This document shows, in pieces, positions 18,692-31,635 of a stretch of 64,000 nt of DNA; the stretch's first letter is position 1, and every line of letters starts with the position of its first letter. The notes under the pieces are model-generated. The model did not search any database and was not told the DNA's origin. It was given only the letters and a program-made list of their open reading frames with translations. The position numbers and the translations under genes were made by a program. Origin of the DNA: an uncultured virus (IMG/VR IMGVR_UViG_3300046170_000409) (Duplodnaviria; Heunggongvirae; Uroviricota; Caudoviricetes). Where the stretch lies: IMG/VR virus record IMGVR_UViG_3300046170_000409. One strand, written 5' to 3'.

Positions 18692-21600
18692 TTATTTCTG
18701 TAATGCTATTGCTCTCATATCAGCGACAAGTGGAACAACGTTAGAACCAGAACTTGTAAAGACAATCTTAATTGCGAAAGTCTTAAAGGTATGGTATACT
18801 GAACCATCGTTTCCATTATATGTTATTACATTATTATTACCACTATTTAGATACGCAAAAGTGTTACCACTTGCACCATATCCACTACCATCTGTATTCG
18901 CATATAATCCATATTCAAAGTCTTTAATATCAGTTCCATCTAAACCTTCAGAATAAGTATTTGATGCAGTAATTTGTCTTAATGGTGTAAAGTCTTTTGT
19001 GTCAAGAGATTCACCATCTTCACCATTCAATACTTTAACATAAACATTAATGTCTGTTCCTTGTGGTTTATATGCACCAAGATAAACAATTAAATCTTCT
19101 GCTTCCTGTCCATCATCTAATTCAACAGGATTTGAAGTATATCTCATTAAAGCATTACCTAAGTTTTTATGTTCATCAGATGAATCATTATTGATAATGT
19201 TTTCTACAACAATAGCATTTGCTCTACCCACATCAAGGATAGGTGATACTGTATCTCTTGTAGAAGATATTGTTCCTTTAATAAGACCAGATTTTGTTGT
19301 TCCTCCAACAGCACTTAGAGAATCTTCATTTGACTTACTATAAATTTTCTTCTCACCATCATAGAAATTATTTTCTTCTGCTAGTTCGATATTTTCATAA
19401 GTTGATGAAATAACACCACTAGTTGTTGTTGGTCTATATGAATAACCTGCTGAAGTTCCAGCGTAATTAATATGTGGAACTTTTGGAACAATTGTGTTCA
19501 ATGGTAAATCATTAACTGCAGTTACTCTTGCAGATGCACCAGAAGATTGCCCTCTAATATATCCATTAGCAAACCCACCTGCTGAACCAGTTAGATATAG
19601 TTTTTGATTTGCATTATCAATAAACTGTACAGTTCCTTGTGCAGTGTTTGCAGTAAAGGCACTGGTGTTACCAATCCAAGTTGAACCAACATAAATGTTA
19701 TTCGTATTGGATGATGCAGTTGTTGGGAATGTTCCGAAGTTATCTACTTTAACAGTTACAGAACCAGAACCACTTGATACAATTTGTCTAACTGTACCAT
19801 TAGCAAATAAAGTATTTGCAGAATCAGTTATTTGTGTTCTAAGAACTGTTCCTACTGAAATCGAATCATTGTTAGAGAATGTAAGTACTGATTCAGCAAT
19901 CGCTGTTTCACCAACAACAAATGCTCCTGAGTAGTTATCATAATCAAAGAATTCTTGCTCTTCATTTTCTAAGTAAAGAGTTCCTGTGCTAGATGTAAAC
20001 TTAGCACGATACATTTGGAACTTCATATCTTCAGATTGTATTGGTGACCATGTATTGTCATTTGAAGATGTAAATAATACACCAGTGTATGGTTGTTTAG
20101 AAATTAATGTATTTGTGATTGTATCATTTTCTCCTAATCCAGCACACCAAACTGTATAGTCATCTGAGTTGCCTCCAGGAATTACTACAAAAGCATAATC
20201 AGTATTATTTTTTAAGAATACTAAATTGTCAAAAGTAAATGTTGTTGCTGTAGAACCATCTGCAGAAGTATTAACCTTCAGATGCTTGTAGAGTTTTTTG
20301 ACCATATGGTACAATTGTATCAACTGGGAATCCAGTTTCAACTTCACGAATTTGTAAAGTAATTGGTAGTGTAGAAGATTTATTACCAAAGAATAAATCA
20401 ATCTTAGAAATAAATACACCATCTGTAGAACCAGAAACGTTAACAGAGAATGTTTGAGCAATTGGATCTTGCCAACCATTATCTCTATCAAGAACTGTCC
20501 ACTGTTGTCTTCTTTGTACTGTTTGTCTCTTAGAAATTTGAGGGAAAGTAATATCAACTGTTGTACCACGTTGTGTTACATCTAATGGATTACTTGTAAA
20601 CTCACCATGTGCACTTGTTGTTGCAACTTCTGACTTAACAATAGGATCGTCAATATCAGTTAATAAGAATCTCTTAGTACCAGTTCTAAATTTTAAGTCA
20701 CTATCATTTGGAATTCTAAATTGTCCATATACAGTACCTGTGCTATCTGTTACAAGTGAACCACCAAACTGTCCAGGTGCACCAGATTTTGGACTAAAGT
20801 TAGAATCTGTAGCACGACAATAGTTGAATACTTTTTCATCATCAAAGTAAGGATAAACACGTGTGTTTGGTTTCATACGAACACCAGTGAAGTTGATGAG
20901 TCTAGATCTCATGTATTCACGAACTGAAACATCAGTAACAAAATTACCAAGACTGAAGGATTCAGTTGCAGCACTAATAGTTGTTTCTGTTACAATTCTT
21001 TGTTGATTTCTTCTTATAGTATTACCACGTCTAAATTCAGAACCTGTTGTTCTCCAAGTACCAAAATCAATTTGATTGGTTATTCTTGCAGCACGTGCAA
21101 TTTGTTCCATTGATTCATAAATGCCATCAAAGTCAACTTGAATATCTGGTAATGTAGTAATGTCTGGTGTGTTATCTGCTTCTGGATCTAGAATAACTTG
21201 TCCACGCCAGTTAAATAATAATTCTTGAACAGGATTACGCAATTTGGAAGCATAATCTTGATTAATCATAGATTCATCAGTATAATCTAATGAAACAATA
21301 TTTCCTGTTTTTCTAACATTGCTTCCAGTAATTGTTGTTGCGTATCTGTATGAAACATCAGAACGATTAAACAGAGGTCTTAATCTGCCTCTTGGTCTAT
21401 CAACTGATGCACGATAATATGGATTATTTGTATCAGCAATATTATGTCCTTCAAAGTTATCAACTAAGAATCCATTTTTAAATCTTTCAATTCCAGTAGT
21501 ACCAAATAATTGTTGATTTCTTGCAGTAGTTTCAAGAGCATTTAATGTTGAATAATACTCAAGATTTTTGACTCTTCCTTCAACTGCACGAAGATCTGAC

Positions 21601-24572
21601 ATTGTGTATCTTCTATTATTTTCAAGTGCTAATTTAACACCATAATCTGGACGATTATAATTTTTAGCAAAAGATGGAGCAAGTGAAGGATAAGCAGGTA
21701 CATCAATTACACCTAGTGTCATTGAACTTGATGGTTCAACAGGAGTTTTAGGTGTTAAATCTGGAATACCTTGCACAACTTCAAATGTTCCTCTTTGCGA
21801 AACGATGACTCTGTCTTTTCTTGGGAGATAGAATTGAGCATCACATTGGAAAGTTTGGTCTGGTGTAGGAACATAAACACCTGATGTTCCTGTGTATGAA
21901 AATACTGTTGGGTCTGCAGGGTTTGTTGGTGCAGATGCAACTGTTCCAGTACCTGAAGGTGTTACTGTGTTTGTATATTTTGGTCTAAAGTCAACAGCGT
22001 CTCTTAAATCAATTTTCTTACCAGATGTTGGTGAAGTGAATATTGGAATTTCTTGAGTTGTAATTGCTGTTGTGTTTGCAGTATTTGCATCATCAATAAT
22101 ATCAGCGTATGAGTCAACTGATAAAAATCCATAACCTGTTGATGTATCACGATCGAAATAACTTAACTTGACCATGAGACCAGTGTTAACTGTATCTAAA
22201 GAACTTGTTTCATTTTTCTGTAATTTAGAAACACCATAGAAACCATCTTTTTGTCCATTGTCAAGAATGAAATCGTTTGTTACATCAGTACCAGTTGTAT
22301 CAACTGTAGTGTTGCCACCTTTATATACTGCAGTAATTTCGAATGCATCAGAAACACCTAATCCCCATGGACCATTTGCACTAGCACTATGTGAACCAGT
22401 GTTAATGTGTACATACTTATCTTTATAAACTGTTTTCTTAGTTGGATTTGCACTTGAACGAATTACATCGTAATATACTTCGGCAGTGAAACCTGAAGAA
22501 AGGTTTGCTTGTTGTAAGTCAACACTTACTGTAGAAGTTGTTGCAGAAATTGTACCATTGCCAGATAAATCCCAATGATAACCAGTTGGGAAAGAAGTTT
22601 TATGTGCAAGTGTTGCACCACTTCTTGTTACTGCAATTGTATCATAAACTTTTAATGAAGTGTTATTAGTAATTTCAGAAATTCTTTCATTGTAGGTATT
22701 ACCACCATCAACAATTTGTATCATGTCACCAACTTGATAAGATGATTCAAATGTTGTACTTACACCTGTGATTGTATTACCACTGATAGTTTGAATATAA
22801 CCAGTGTGTGGTGCAGTAGTTGTTGCAGTTGTTGAAACGATTAGAGTGTTTCTTTCATCGATATTTGTAATTGGCAACCCAGTGTCAGCGATTGCCTCTG
22901 TTCCTCCAGGATGAGTGTTTCCAACACCATATGATGCCTGTCCTGCAGTGTCGAAGGATACTGCTGAAAGTCTTTTTCTTACAACAAATTGTGTGTCAAC
23001 AATATCACTTGCATCTTTAAGAGTTTTAGTTCCTTTTTGTCCAAGTTTAAATACAAGATTTGATAATCCTTGTTCTTGTACTTTTGCATCTCCACTTGCT
23101 TCAAGAACAATATCAGCAAAAGAATCTGGACCAGAAGCATTGTTAATATACAATCCTCTAGCATCAGCAAATGATTTACCAGAATTCATTTGTATATCAA
23201 AAATATAAATTCTAAATTGTCCATTGTAAGTTCCAGGAGTGCCAGAATGATATTGAACACCTCTTACTTTTGCAGTACCAATTTGTGTACCACTTGGACT
23301 TGATGCACCAAAGTTTTTGCCTGTTATTGCATTTTGTGCAGCATCTCTTATAACGACTTGTTTAAGATTAGAAAAATCCCATGTTCCAACAACTTCTTCA
23401 GCGAAGACATATGAACCATATGCTTGACCAATTGAAAGTGCATCTTTTGTGAAAACTGTAGTTGCTTTGTTAACATTTAAATATTTTGAACCATTAAGTT
23501 CTACTTGATATCCATTAACATATCCACGTCCTTTTTCGATTTCAGCGACTAATAAATTAGAATCACCACCCTCTGCAGAAGTATATCTTCCAAGACTATT
23601 TGTTTTATTTAAATGTTCACGTACACGAATATTGAATGGGTCAACAACAAAGTTTCCTGTTGTATCATGCATTCTTTCTGCAATGTAACTTCCAATTTCA
23701 GAGTAAACTGTTTCGGTATTTCTTTGTTCAATTGAACCATTTGTAATTGTTGCAATAATAAAGAAGTTATCAGTATTTGCAACTGATAAGTCATATGTTT
23801 CTAAAATTGGATTTAATTTTAAACGATCTGCTCCTGGAGCAGAGAAATTAGTTGCACCTGATGCATTATCAAGCAATGAAGAATCTTGGTTTGAATCAAC
23901 AGTGCTTTCAACAGTTCTTATACCAAGTTTTTTACTTGGTGTGGTTGTATATTTACCAATAATTGTTGATTGTCTTGGACAACGAATAAAGTTTCCTTTA
24001 TGATAGATAATACCATCACTGATGTTACCTTTTAATGCTTGACCTGTTGCTTCAGATGTAATCGTATTTGCTGCAACAAAATATTCACTATTCGAACTTC
24101 TTCTAAAGATAAGAGTTTCATTATCAGAAAATGCCTTTGTTGTATTGTTTGAACCAGAGTTTGTATAATGACAGTGGACTGTTAAGTAATCTGGTGCAGA
24201 AATTTCTGAACCATCAGTAACAGTGACAAGTTTCGCTGTCATTCCTGTTGTTGCACCTGTAATTGTTAGGTTTGCAACTGCACCTGATTCATAGAAATCA
24301 TTTAATAGGATAACACGATTATTAGCATCTTTATCTCTTAATTTGACGAAACTAATTTGGTCTGTTGTCAGTCCAACACCTGTTACAACTGTTCCATCAA
24401 TGAATACTTCACCAGCAAATCTTTCGACTTGATTTTGAAGAATAGTTTGTAGTTGTGTTAATTCTCTTGCTTGTACAGAGTATCCTGGACGGAAAAGCAC
24501 TCTGTGGAAGTTTTTATTTTCATTGAAGTCATCAAAGTAAGGACTTTGATTTAGATTTGTGTTAATTCCCAT
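18692..24572 (-). CDS. Very large virion structural protein (DUF4815/VrlC-like), split by a +1 frameshift near 20275
   Basis: NLNQSPYFDDF..FHRVLFRPGYSVQARELTQLQTILQNQVERF; RFKNGFLVDNF; DPIAQTF; removing one C at 20275-20276 joins it to the frame ending DMRAIALQK. Confidence 0.88.
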
Positions 24573-24584
24573 TTAGTTACCTAT

Positions 24585-26366
24585 TTAAAAATCCAATATT
24601 ATTTTGATGTCTTCTGTTTGTTCTAAGTCACGTAATACAACTTGAACATTCTCAGCGTACAACAATTCACCAGAGAAAGTATTTGCCTCTGGACCTTTTA
24701 ATGCTTCTACTGTTGCAATTTCAGTTTCAGCAGTACTCTTTAATATGACATCATCCTTTGTGAATGCTGCATAGTCCCCATAACTTTCAACACTATTTAT
24801 ATAAACTGAATAGAACGATGGGTCAGCAATTGTCTCATCTTCACGTATATATACAACATTTCCATTTGCTCCTTGAACAGCGTTTGTCAGTCCTTGAGTA
24901 TTTCTTACTGTTGGAGAAAGTTCAGTTACAAATTCTAATTCACCTGATTTTGCACGTAATAAATTTCTTTTATTTGTTATAACGTTTCTAACTGCTAATG
25001 GATTAAGTGGAGTTGAACCATCCATTTGATTGTAAGAGATTGTTAATCTGTCAGTTAATCTTAAAGTGTTTGGAGAGTTTGATGTATTTGCAATGCTCTC
25101 TGTTGTAACAGTATTATTATTAGAATCAACTTTTAATACTGGATCTTTAAGAATACTAATTGACCTAAATTCTGTGTTAGAAGGAATGTATCCATTACCA
25201 TTTGCTGAAACACCCTCATTACCATTAAATATTACATTCAGCATAATTTTGTCTGCAGCAAGTTCACGAATTGGATCTGAACCATGTCCACCTACTGATG
25301 AGATAACAACATTCGCTGTTGCTCCTGTGCCATGAATATTGTTTGATGTAATTAGTGCTTTTCCTCTTGTATACTTACTTCCTGAATCAATGATTGCAAC
25401 ATTTGATATTGCACCTGTTGCTTCAACAACTCGAGTATATGCTTTTGCACCAGAACCATCTCCAATAATCGTAACTGTTGGAGATACAACCACTGATGAA
25501 TCAGTATTTGGAACAGTCGCAAATGCAGTGTTAACTGTTAATTGTTTAGTTGACCCATTATAATCAATAATTCTTCTTAATTGTCCTGCTCCAGTACCAG
25601 ATATAATGTATACTGATGAACCATTATAATAGTTATCTAATGGTGAAGGAGGATTATCGCCTGCAGCACTTAATCTAAGTGTTGTTCTACCACCTGATTC
25701 AACAACACCATTCGCAACAGTATGATAACCTGCACCAACATTTACTGTTTCAATAATTTCTATTGCACCATTTACTGCAGCATTTTGAACAGCGAGTTGT
25801 CTATCAGATTCTGTTGAACCATCTGATGCAGAAATAGTTTTTACTGGCATGTGTAATGTTGTTAGGAATTTATTTGCATCGCCTAATGAAATCGTATACA
25901 TGTATTTCCATGTATATCCATCAGAAGTTGTAAATGAATCAATTGAGAATCCAGTTGGTTTTACTGTTGATTGTCCACCTTTATTATTGTATAAGCATTT
26001 ATAGACATTATATTCATTTGTTAAAACATAATATCTTCTGTCATACATGTCTTCGTCTGTGTCACGATACATTGAATAAACAGTTCCACTAGTCCAATCA
26101 TATCTTGGAACAACATGACTAATATCGCCTGTTGTTATTCTCTTTGCACCAATAAATTCTCTGTGTGCTTCATATTGTAAATACTGTTCATTATCTTCAG
26201 GCACTGTAGGAGTTGGTTCATTTGGATATTCATAGTTGTTACCAATAACTGCATAAAGAATAACTGAATTTTTAGTGTTTCTTCCATCTGATGCATTCAT
26301 TGCTGAAACAAATGCCTTTGCGTTATTGATAGATAAATCTTTTGTTGGGTATCTATAAACTGCCAT
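24585..26366 (-). CDS. gp8: Baseplate wedge subunit (gp8-like)
   Basis: VVPRYDWTSG, YNVYKCLYN, DGYTWKYMYTI, GGHGSDPIREL, QTEDIKIILDF. Confidence 0.88.
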   Translation of the reverse strand: MAVYRYPTKDLSINNAKAFVSAMNASDGRNTKNSVILYAVIGNNYEYPNEPTPTVPEDNEQYLQYEAHREFIGAKRITTGDISHVVPRYDWTSGTVYSMYRDTDEDMYDRRYYVLTNEYNVYKCLYNNKGGQSTVKPTGFSIDSFTTSDGYTWKYMYTISLGDANKFLTTLHMPVKTISASDGSTESDRQLAVQNAAVNGAIEIIETVNVGAGYHTVANGVVESGGRTTLRLSAAGDNPPSPLDNYYNGSSVYIISGTGAGQLRRIIDYNGSTKQLTVNTAFATVPNTDSSVVVSPTVTIIGDGSGAKAYTRVVEATGAISNVAIIDSGSKYTRGKALITSNNIHGTGATANVVISSVGGHGSDPIRELAADKIMLNVIFNGNEGVSANGNGYIPSNTEFRSISILKDPVLKVDSNNNTVTTESIANTSNSPNTLRLTDRLTISYNQMDGSTPLNPLAVRNVITNKRNLLRAKSGELEFVTELSPTVRNTQGLTNAVQGANGNVVYIREDETIADPSFYSVYINSVESYGDYAAFTKDDVILKSTAETEIATVEALKGPEANTFSGELLYAENVQVVLRDLEQTEDIKIILDF

Positions 26367-26368
26367 CT

Positions 26369-29207
26369 TTATATAATTCCGTTATAATAATAAACATTCG
26401 CACTGGTCAGACTCGTGTTTGACCAAGCAATTGTTAAGTTTGCTGTCGTATTACTCGATACTATATTTATAGGAACTGCATAGAAGGTTTTTGGTACAGT
26501 TTCAATATAAAGTGTAGAATTATTAGAATATACATCATCTAACTTGGTTGATGTTCCTACAACATTAAATGAACCAGTACTAATTGCCACTGTTCCCACT
26601 GCTTGTAATCTTATTGCATTATTTGCAGTTACACTAATATCAACTGAAGCATTTGATTGAGATCTATATCTTCCATATAATGCTTGTCCTGCAGGATGTA
26701 CTAATCTTAATGCATAGTCACGATACCTTGCAAGTGCAATTGGTGAAACAACTTGATATGAATATTCTTGATAAAATTCACTATCTTGAATAAATCCACG
26801 AAGTGAATCTAAATGACTTCTTGTTGTAGCATAATATCCCTGTCCATTCGCTGCACCAGAAAGTGTAATACTTCCAGTTGCTGAAGAAGAATTAGTTCGA
26901 CCAGAAGATTGTATTGTGACAACCTCACCTTGTCTATATGCCAGTCCAGAATCAATAACACGAATTTTAGTAACTGTTCCATTTGCTCCAACTGTTGCAT
27001 TAACAACAGCGTTTTTACCAAGCACACCTTCATCTTGAATGTTTACGATTTTCGCTGTTCCAGAATCAACTGGAGTTCTTGTGTCTGCTGTTCCAGGAGT
27101 ATAAGAAGAATCAAAAATACTCAATGTGACATTTGTATTATTTGCAAACTGAATATTTCCAGGTTCACGTTGAAGAAAATCTTGCCAAACACGAACAATT
27201 GTTTCATAGGTTCCATTAGCATATTGAGTAACTGCTATTGGCGTATTTGGTTCACTTCCACCTTTAACATCACCAGATGCAGAAGAAGAAGTTTGTATAA
27301 GTCTATCATTAGTGTCGAGTGAAGTAATACTACTATTCCCTGTTCCCCAATTGGCATCATCTGATTGTAATGTGAGATATTGTTCCCCAACACCAAGCGA
27401 TATTATATCTCTTTCAATAACATTAACAGTTGGTGCAACAGTATAATTATCTCCACCAATAACTAAAGATAAACTTCCAATGGTTCCAAAACTTTTTGTA
27501 GAAAATAGTATAGAATCTTCAAGTTTAGAATATAAATTTTCAATAAGAGTATTAGATGTGGTAGATACAACATTACCCACTGTAGTGTTTGCATTAACAA
27601 TTCTTAATCCTTCATTTTCTTCGAAAGGTTTAAGTGGTCCAGTATCAAATTGACTGGTTAAATTCGCTGTTGTGTTCGCTGTAACTTGTACAACGACTAA
27701 GTTTCTATCGTCTGCACCACCAACACCACGAGTGTAACCATTTGCAGTATCAGATATAATCTTTTTAATTTTACCAAATGAATTAGATGTTCTTCCAACT
27801 AGTTCTTGACCTGCAGTGATTGTTTGACCTGCAACGTTACCAATTGATAATACATGATACCCAATTGTATTGCCTGAGAAAGAGATAACTGTGCCAACAT
27901 TATTACCAGAAGTGTTTGCATATACAGAACGTATTGATTCGCCACCTGCAGTTGTTGAAAAGTTTTTATAACCATCAATTCGAACAACTGTATTACTTGC
28001 TGTGCTGTCTACAATTGATAGTACAGTTGCATTTGCACTAGAAGTTACACCATATAATGAATCGCCAACTTTTATATCTTGTGTGTTTGCAATTCTTAAT
28101 ATTGCATTTGCGTGGTCTCTAAAGTTTGCATTTCCTACACCTTCACCTAATTCTGGAAATCCATAATGAGTTGTAGAAAGAGGCATATCTGCATATGTGG
28201 ATATTTTAACATCTGTTGTATTTGCTTGTGTGACTGTTGGTGCATTATTACCAAATACATTATTTGCATTGATAAAAGTTACACACGAACTTAATGAGAA
28301 TGTATCTGTAATATCACTTGGTGCAATTGTAAAACTTGCAGGAGATGTTCCGTCTCCTCCAAGAACTGATACATCTGTTGAACCTTGTGTAGAAGAAGTA
28401 TATCCTGAACCACCATCATTTAAATTAAATACAATAACTCCACCTAAGTCAGAAACACCAGATACAACAACTTTACCAAAAAAACCTTTAACTGAAGAAA
28501 TAATATCTACAACATCACCAAGTCTATATTCTGCTCCTGGAGATATGATTGATAATTCACTAATACCTGCTTCAATAATTGGGGCATGTCCTGTTGCACC
28601 TGTATCTGTGAGTAAACGAATTGGTTCATTATGACTGAACGTTCCTTTGATATTACTCAAATTTAATTGCATCATATCACGACCACGAATGTTTCTTCTT
28701 ATAACATCTTCTACTAATGCCTCAGCAGAAGATTCTGCACCCTTAATCGTGCTACCAATAAACTTGTAAGTGTTTTTATCAAAAGATGTAGCAAGATATC
28801 TTTCAAGTCTCCAATCACCATCTGATACTTTTAATATTTGGTCTGCAGGATAACTAATTTCAATATCTTCATTATATAAGACTCTAAAAAGAAGTTTGTA
28901 AGATCTGAATGTTCCTCTTGATTTATTTTGTTGTAAAATATATTTGACTAGAAGTTTTTTGTCTGCAATAACTTCTTGTGGAACATTGGGTAAAAAAGTA
29001 TTAATAAAATATTCAATATATTCATCAGTGGTTCTAGAAATATCACTGTAACTTTGAAGATTACGAACACCATCAGTTAACTTTGCCTGATTGTTCTAAG
29101 TATTCATAATATCCTTCCATGAACGCAAGGAAGTTTGAACCCTCCTCTTTATAAAAGTCAGGAAATTGTTCTGAAACTATTTGCGATAGTTTTTCAGATA
29201 CTGCCAT
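26369..29207 (-). CDS. gp7: Baseplate wedge initiator (gp7-like), +1 frameshift near 29082-29084
   Basis: Manual N-terminus MAVSEKLSQIVSEQFPDFYKEEG..FMEGYYEYLE then KSRGTFRSYKLLFRVLYNE..LKVSDGDW; C-terminal IQDSEFYQEYSY..LVHPAG. Confidence 0.8.
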
Positions 29208-30980
29208 TAGTCCGTCTCGCCAACAAGATTAATTGTTGCATCGTTAGACGTCATAATTAGTATTTGTTCTCGAACAGGAATGATGTCAAGTCTTGATGGT
29301 GTAATAGTAAATTTAAGTTCAATTCCATCATAAGCACTAGGTTGGAAGTTCTCAACTGTCACAAGACCTGTTGTGTAATCAATAGTTCCTGTTTCACGTT
29401 CAACAATAACCTTTTCTTTTGCTGCATTAAATCTAAAAATTCTAACGTTGCCTGCACCATCATCATCAATTCTACAAGTAAAGTTTAAATATGTAAATTC
29501 TGTAGAGGATAAAGATGATACTTCTATAGGATTGTTAAATGCTAGAGTAACCTTTTCTGGTCTTTGTGTGTTTGGCACAACTCTTTTTTGTAATGTGAGT
29601 GCTGCATCATTATTGAATATTGCACCAGTTGGAATATTATCCAGTGCACGAACAAATCTAGAATATCTAAGTCTGTTACCAAATCTTTCTAAGTTTGATG
29701 CAGAAAATGAATCAATTGCATTTCTGACCGCAAGTTCAATTGCACCTGTGCTTGCTGTTGTTGCCGATCTATCATAATAGGTGGTGATATTTGATATGAC
29801 ATAAGTGTATTCTGGGTCAATAAAAACAGGATCGATTGAAAGAGGAGTTCTAGATAAAATAGATTCTCTTAACGATTGTTTTCTTGTTTCTGTTGCAAAC
29901 TGTTCACCAAAAGGTTTGACTGCAACGAATACTTTACCATAAACTGCAGGGTCTGCAAATTCACCACCAAAGGCAGTGACTGATTGTAAATCTGCATTTT
30001 CACCAATAAGAATTCTTTCATAATCATTATCAACGACTGCACGATTTTGTGTTTGGAAATTTCTTGGTGCATTAAATTTAATAGAATCGAACTGATTCTT
30101 GTGCATGTCCACCAGAGGATTTTTTATTTAAAGTAATTGCAACTGAAGAATAACTTTCAGTAATACCACTTAAATCATCAACAGTAAAAGTAGTTGCACC
30201 ATTTGTTGCGTCTGCAGAATTAACCAAATAATCAATAATAATAATGTTTCCATTTTCTAATGCTTTTCCTAAAGAACCAGAACCAAAAACTAATTCATAT
30301 CTTCCATCAACTGCTTCTTCAATAAAATATATGGTAGAAGTTGATGTGATTGTTTCTAAATCTGTTGCTTTTGTATATTCTACAACAGTGTCGTCTGCTG
30401 CAGAGTTTTGAATTCTAACAGAGATACTACTTGTATCTACATTTTTATTTGGTATAATATACCTTTGAGGATTTGCAAAGTCAACAGTAAATCTTTGTGT
30501 TAAAGGAATACCCTCTTTAATAGTTATTGGAAGTGTAAAAGTATTCGCTGCATTTTTTACTGTATATGCTTCTGGTGTAACATAAGTGTATTGTATGTCA
30601 TCAATGGTTGTAACAAATTGAGAGTTCTTAGGAATGGTAAATTGAGAAGTTGTATTTGCAACTCCAGTAAATGTTAGTTGAACGTTTGCAGATGCACCAA
30701 TCGCTGATGTTGGAAGATATCCAAGAAGTTTAGCATGAGAAACAACAGAGTCTCTTTGTTGTGCAGTATCAAGAAACATTTCGTTACCAAGCATATTCAC
30801 ATAGTATGAATTGTAATGTGTATTATATGCTAAAACATCCAGTAATGTTGACATTGCTGAACCTTCAAAATCATAGTCTCTAAATTGTTGTTGTGAAGAT
30901 AAAAATGTTTTTAAATTATCTCTTATATCATTGAAGTCTAATTCAGTGATTTGTAAATAGTTATTTGCTCCGTGTGACAT
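29207..30980 (-). CDS. gp6: Baseplate wedge subunit gp6, split by a +1 frameshift near 30090
   Basis: ELDFNDIRDNLK..DYDFEGSAMSTLLDVLAYNTHY; SIKFNAPRNFQTQNRAV..DY; YGKVFVAVKP. Confidence 0.92.
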
Positions 30981-31375
30981 TATCGTACTCTCTCTAAAAT
31001 TACATCCAGTACTACTGGATCTGGATCGTTATTTACTAGGAATGCAACAGAGACAGTCATAGCATTTAAATCTGGTCTATCTTCAACTAAAACTTCAATC
31101 AAATCTGCTCTTGGTTCAAAGTTGGCGATAACCTCTTTTATGGTATTCTCCATTGATTGTTTAATTGCAGGACTAAACAATTCAAATAAGTAATTTCTTA
31201 TGCCACAACCAATATTAGACTTAAATGGTCTTTCATAAAAGTCTGTCAATATTAATGATTTGACTGCTTGTTTTACTGCTTCACGATTTGTTTTTCGAGA
31301 CACTTTTCCTGTAATTGGATGTGCAACGAATCCTAAATCGATATCACTAAAAATTTCTGTTTTTGTTGCTGGCAT
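30980..31375 (-). CDS. gp25: Baseplate wedge subunit gp25
   Basis: FSDIDLGF..HP, AVKQAVKSLILT..ERPF, IANFEPRA. Confidence 0.92.
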   Translation of the reverse strand: MPATKTEIFSDIDLGFVAHPITGKVSRKTNREAVKQAVKSLILTDFYERPFKSNIGCGIRNYLFELFSPAIKQSMENTIKEVIANFEPRADLIEVLVEDRPDLNAMTVSVAFLVNNDPDPVVLDVILERVR

Positions 31376-31388
31376 TTATAGTCCTTAT

Positions 31389-31562
31389 TTATTCTGCGTT
31401 CTTAATTGTTTGTATTTCAGCACGTCTTTCTTTACACAGTTTTGTAATTTCGGTAAGTGCTTTTCTTGCCCTTGTTCCTGCTGATTTATTTCCCTTTTCA
31501 AATTTTTCATTTTCAGAGGTATAGACCTCAAATAAACTTGTTAATGTGTCATGTATTTCCAT
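31389..31562 (-). CDS. Small histone H1-like (Hc1-family) protein, 57 aa, absent from the ORF track
   Basis: Manual translation MEIHDTLTSLFEVYTSENEKFEKGNKSAGTRARKALTEITKLCKERRAEIQTIKNAE; AAGGAAG RBS. Confidence 0.75.
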   Translation of the reverse strand: MEIHDTLTSLFEVYTSENEKFEKGNKSAGTRARKALTEITKLCKERRAEIQTIKNAE

Positions 31563-31572
31563 AATTTCTTCC

Positions 31573-31601
31573 TTGACTAATAATAAATTGTCAGTTATAA
31601 T
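31573..31601 (+). promoter_or_regulatory. Sigma70-type promoter pointing antisense into gp5
   Basis: TTGACT-N17-TATAAT. Confidence 0.6.
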
Positions 31602-31624
31602 AAAATGTTCCCTCTTTCGAGAAC

Positions 31625-31632
31625 TATTTATA
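31625..31632 (-). promoter_or_regulatory. Late promoter TATAAATA
   Basis: Exact motif between gp5 and the Hc1-like gene. Confidence 0.7.
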
Positions 31633-31635
31633 TCG

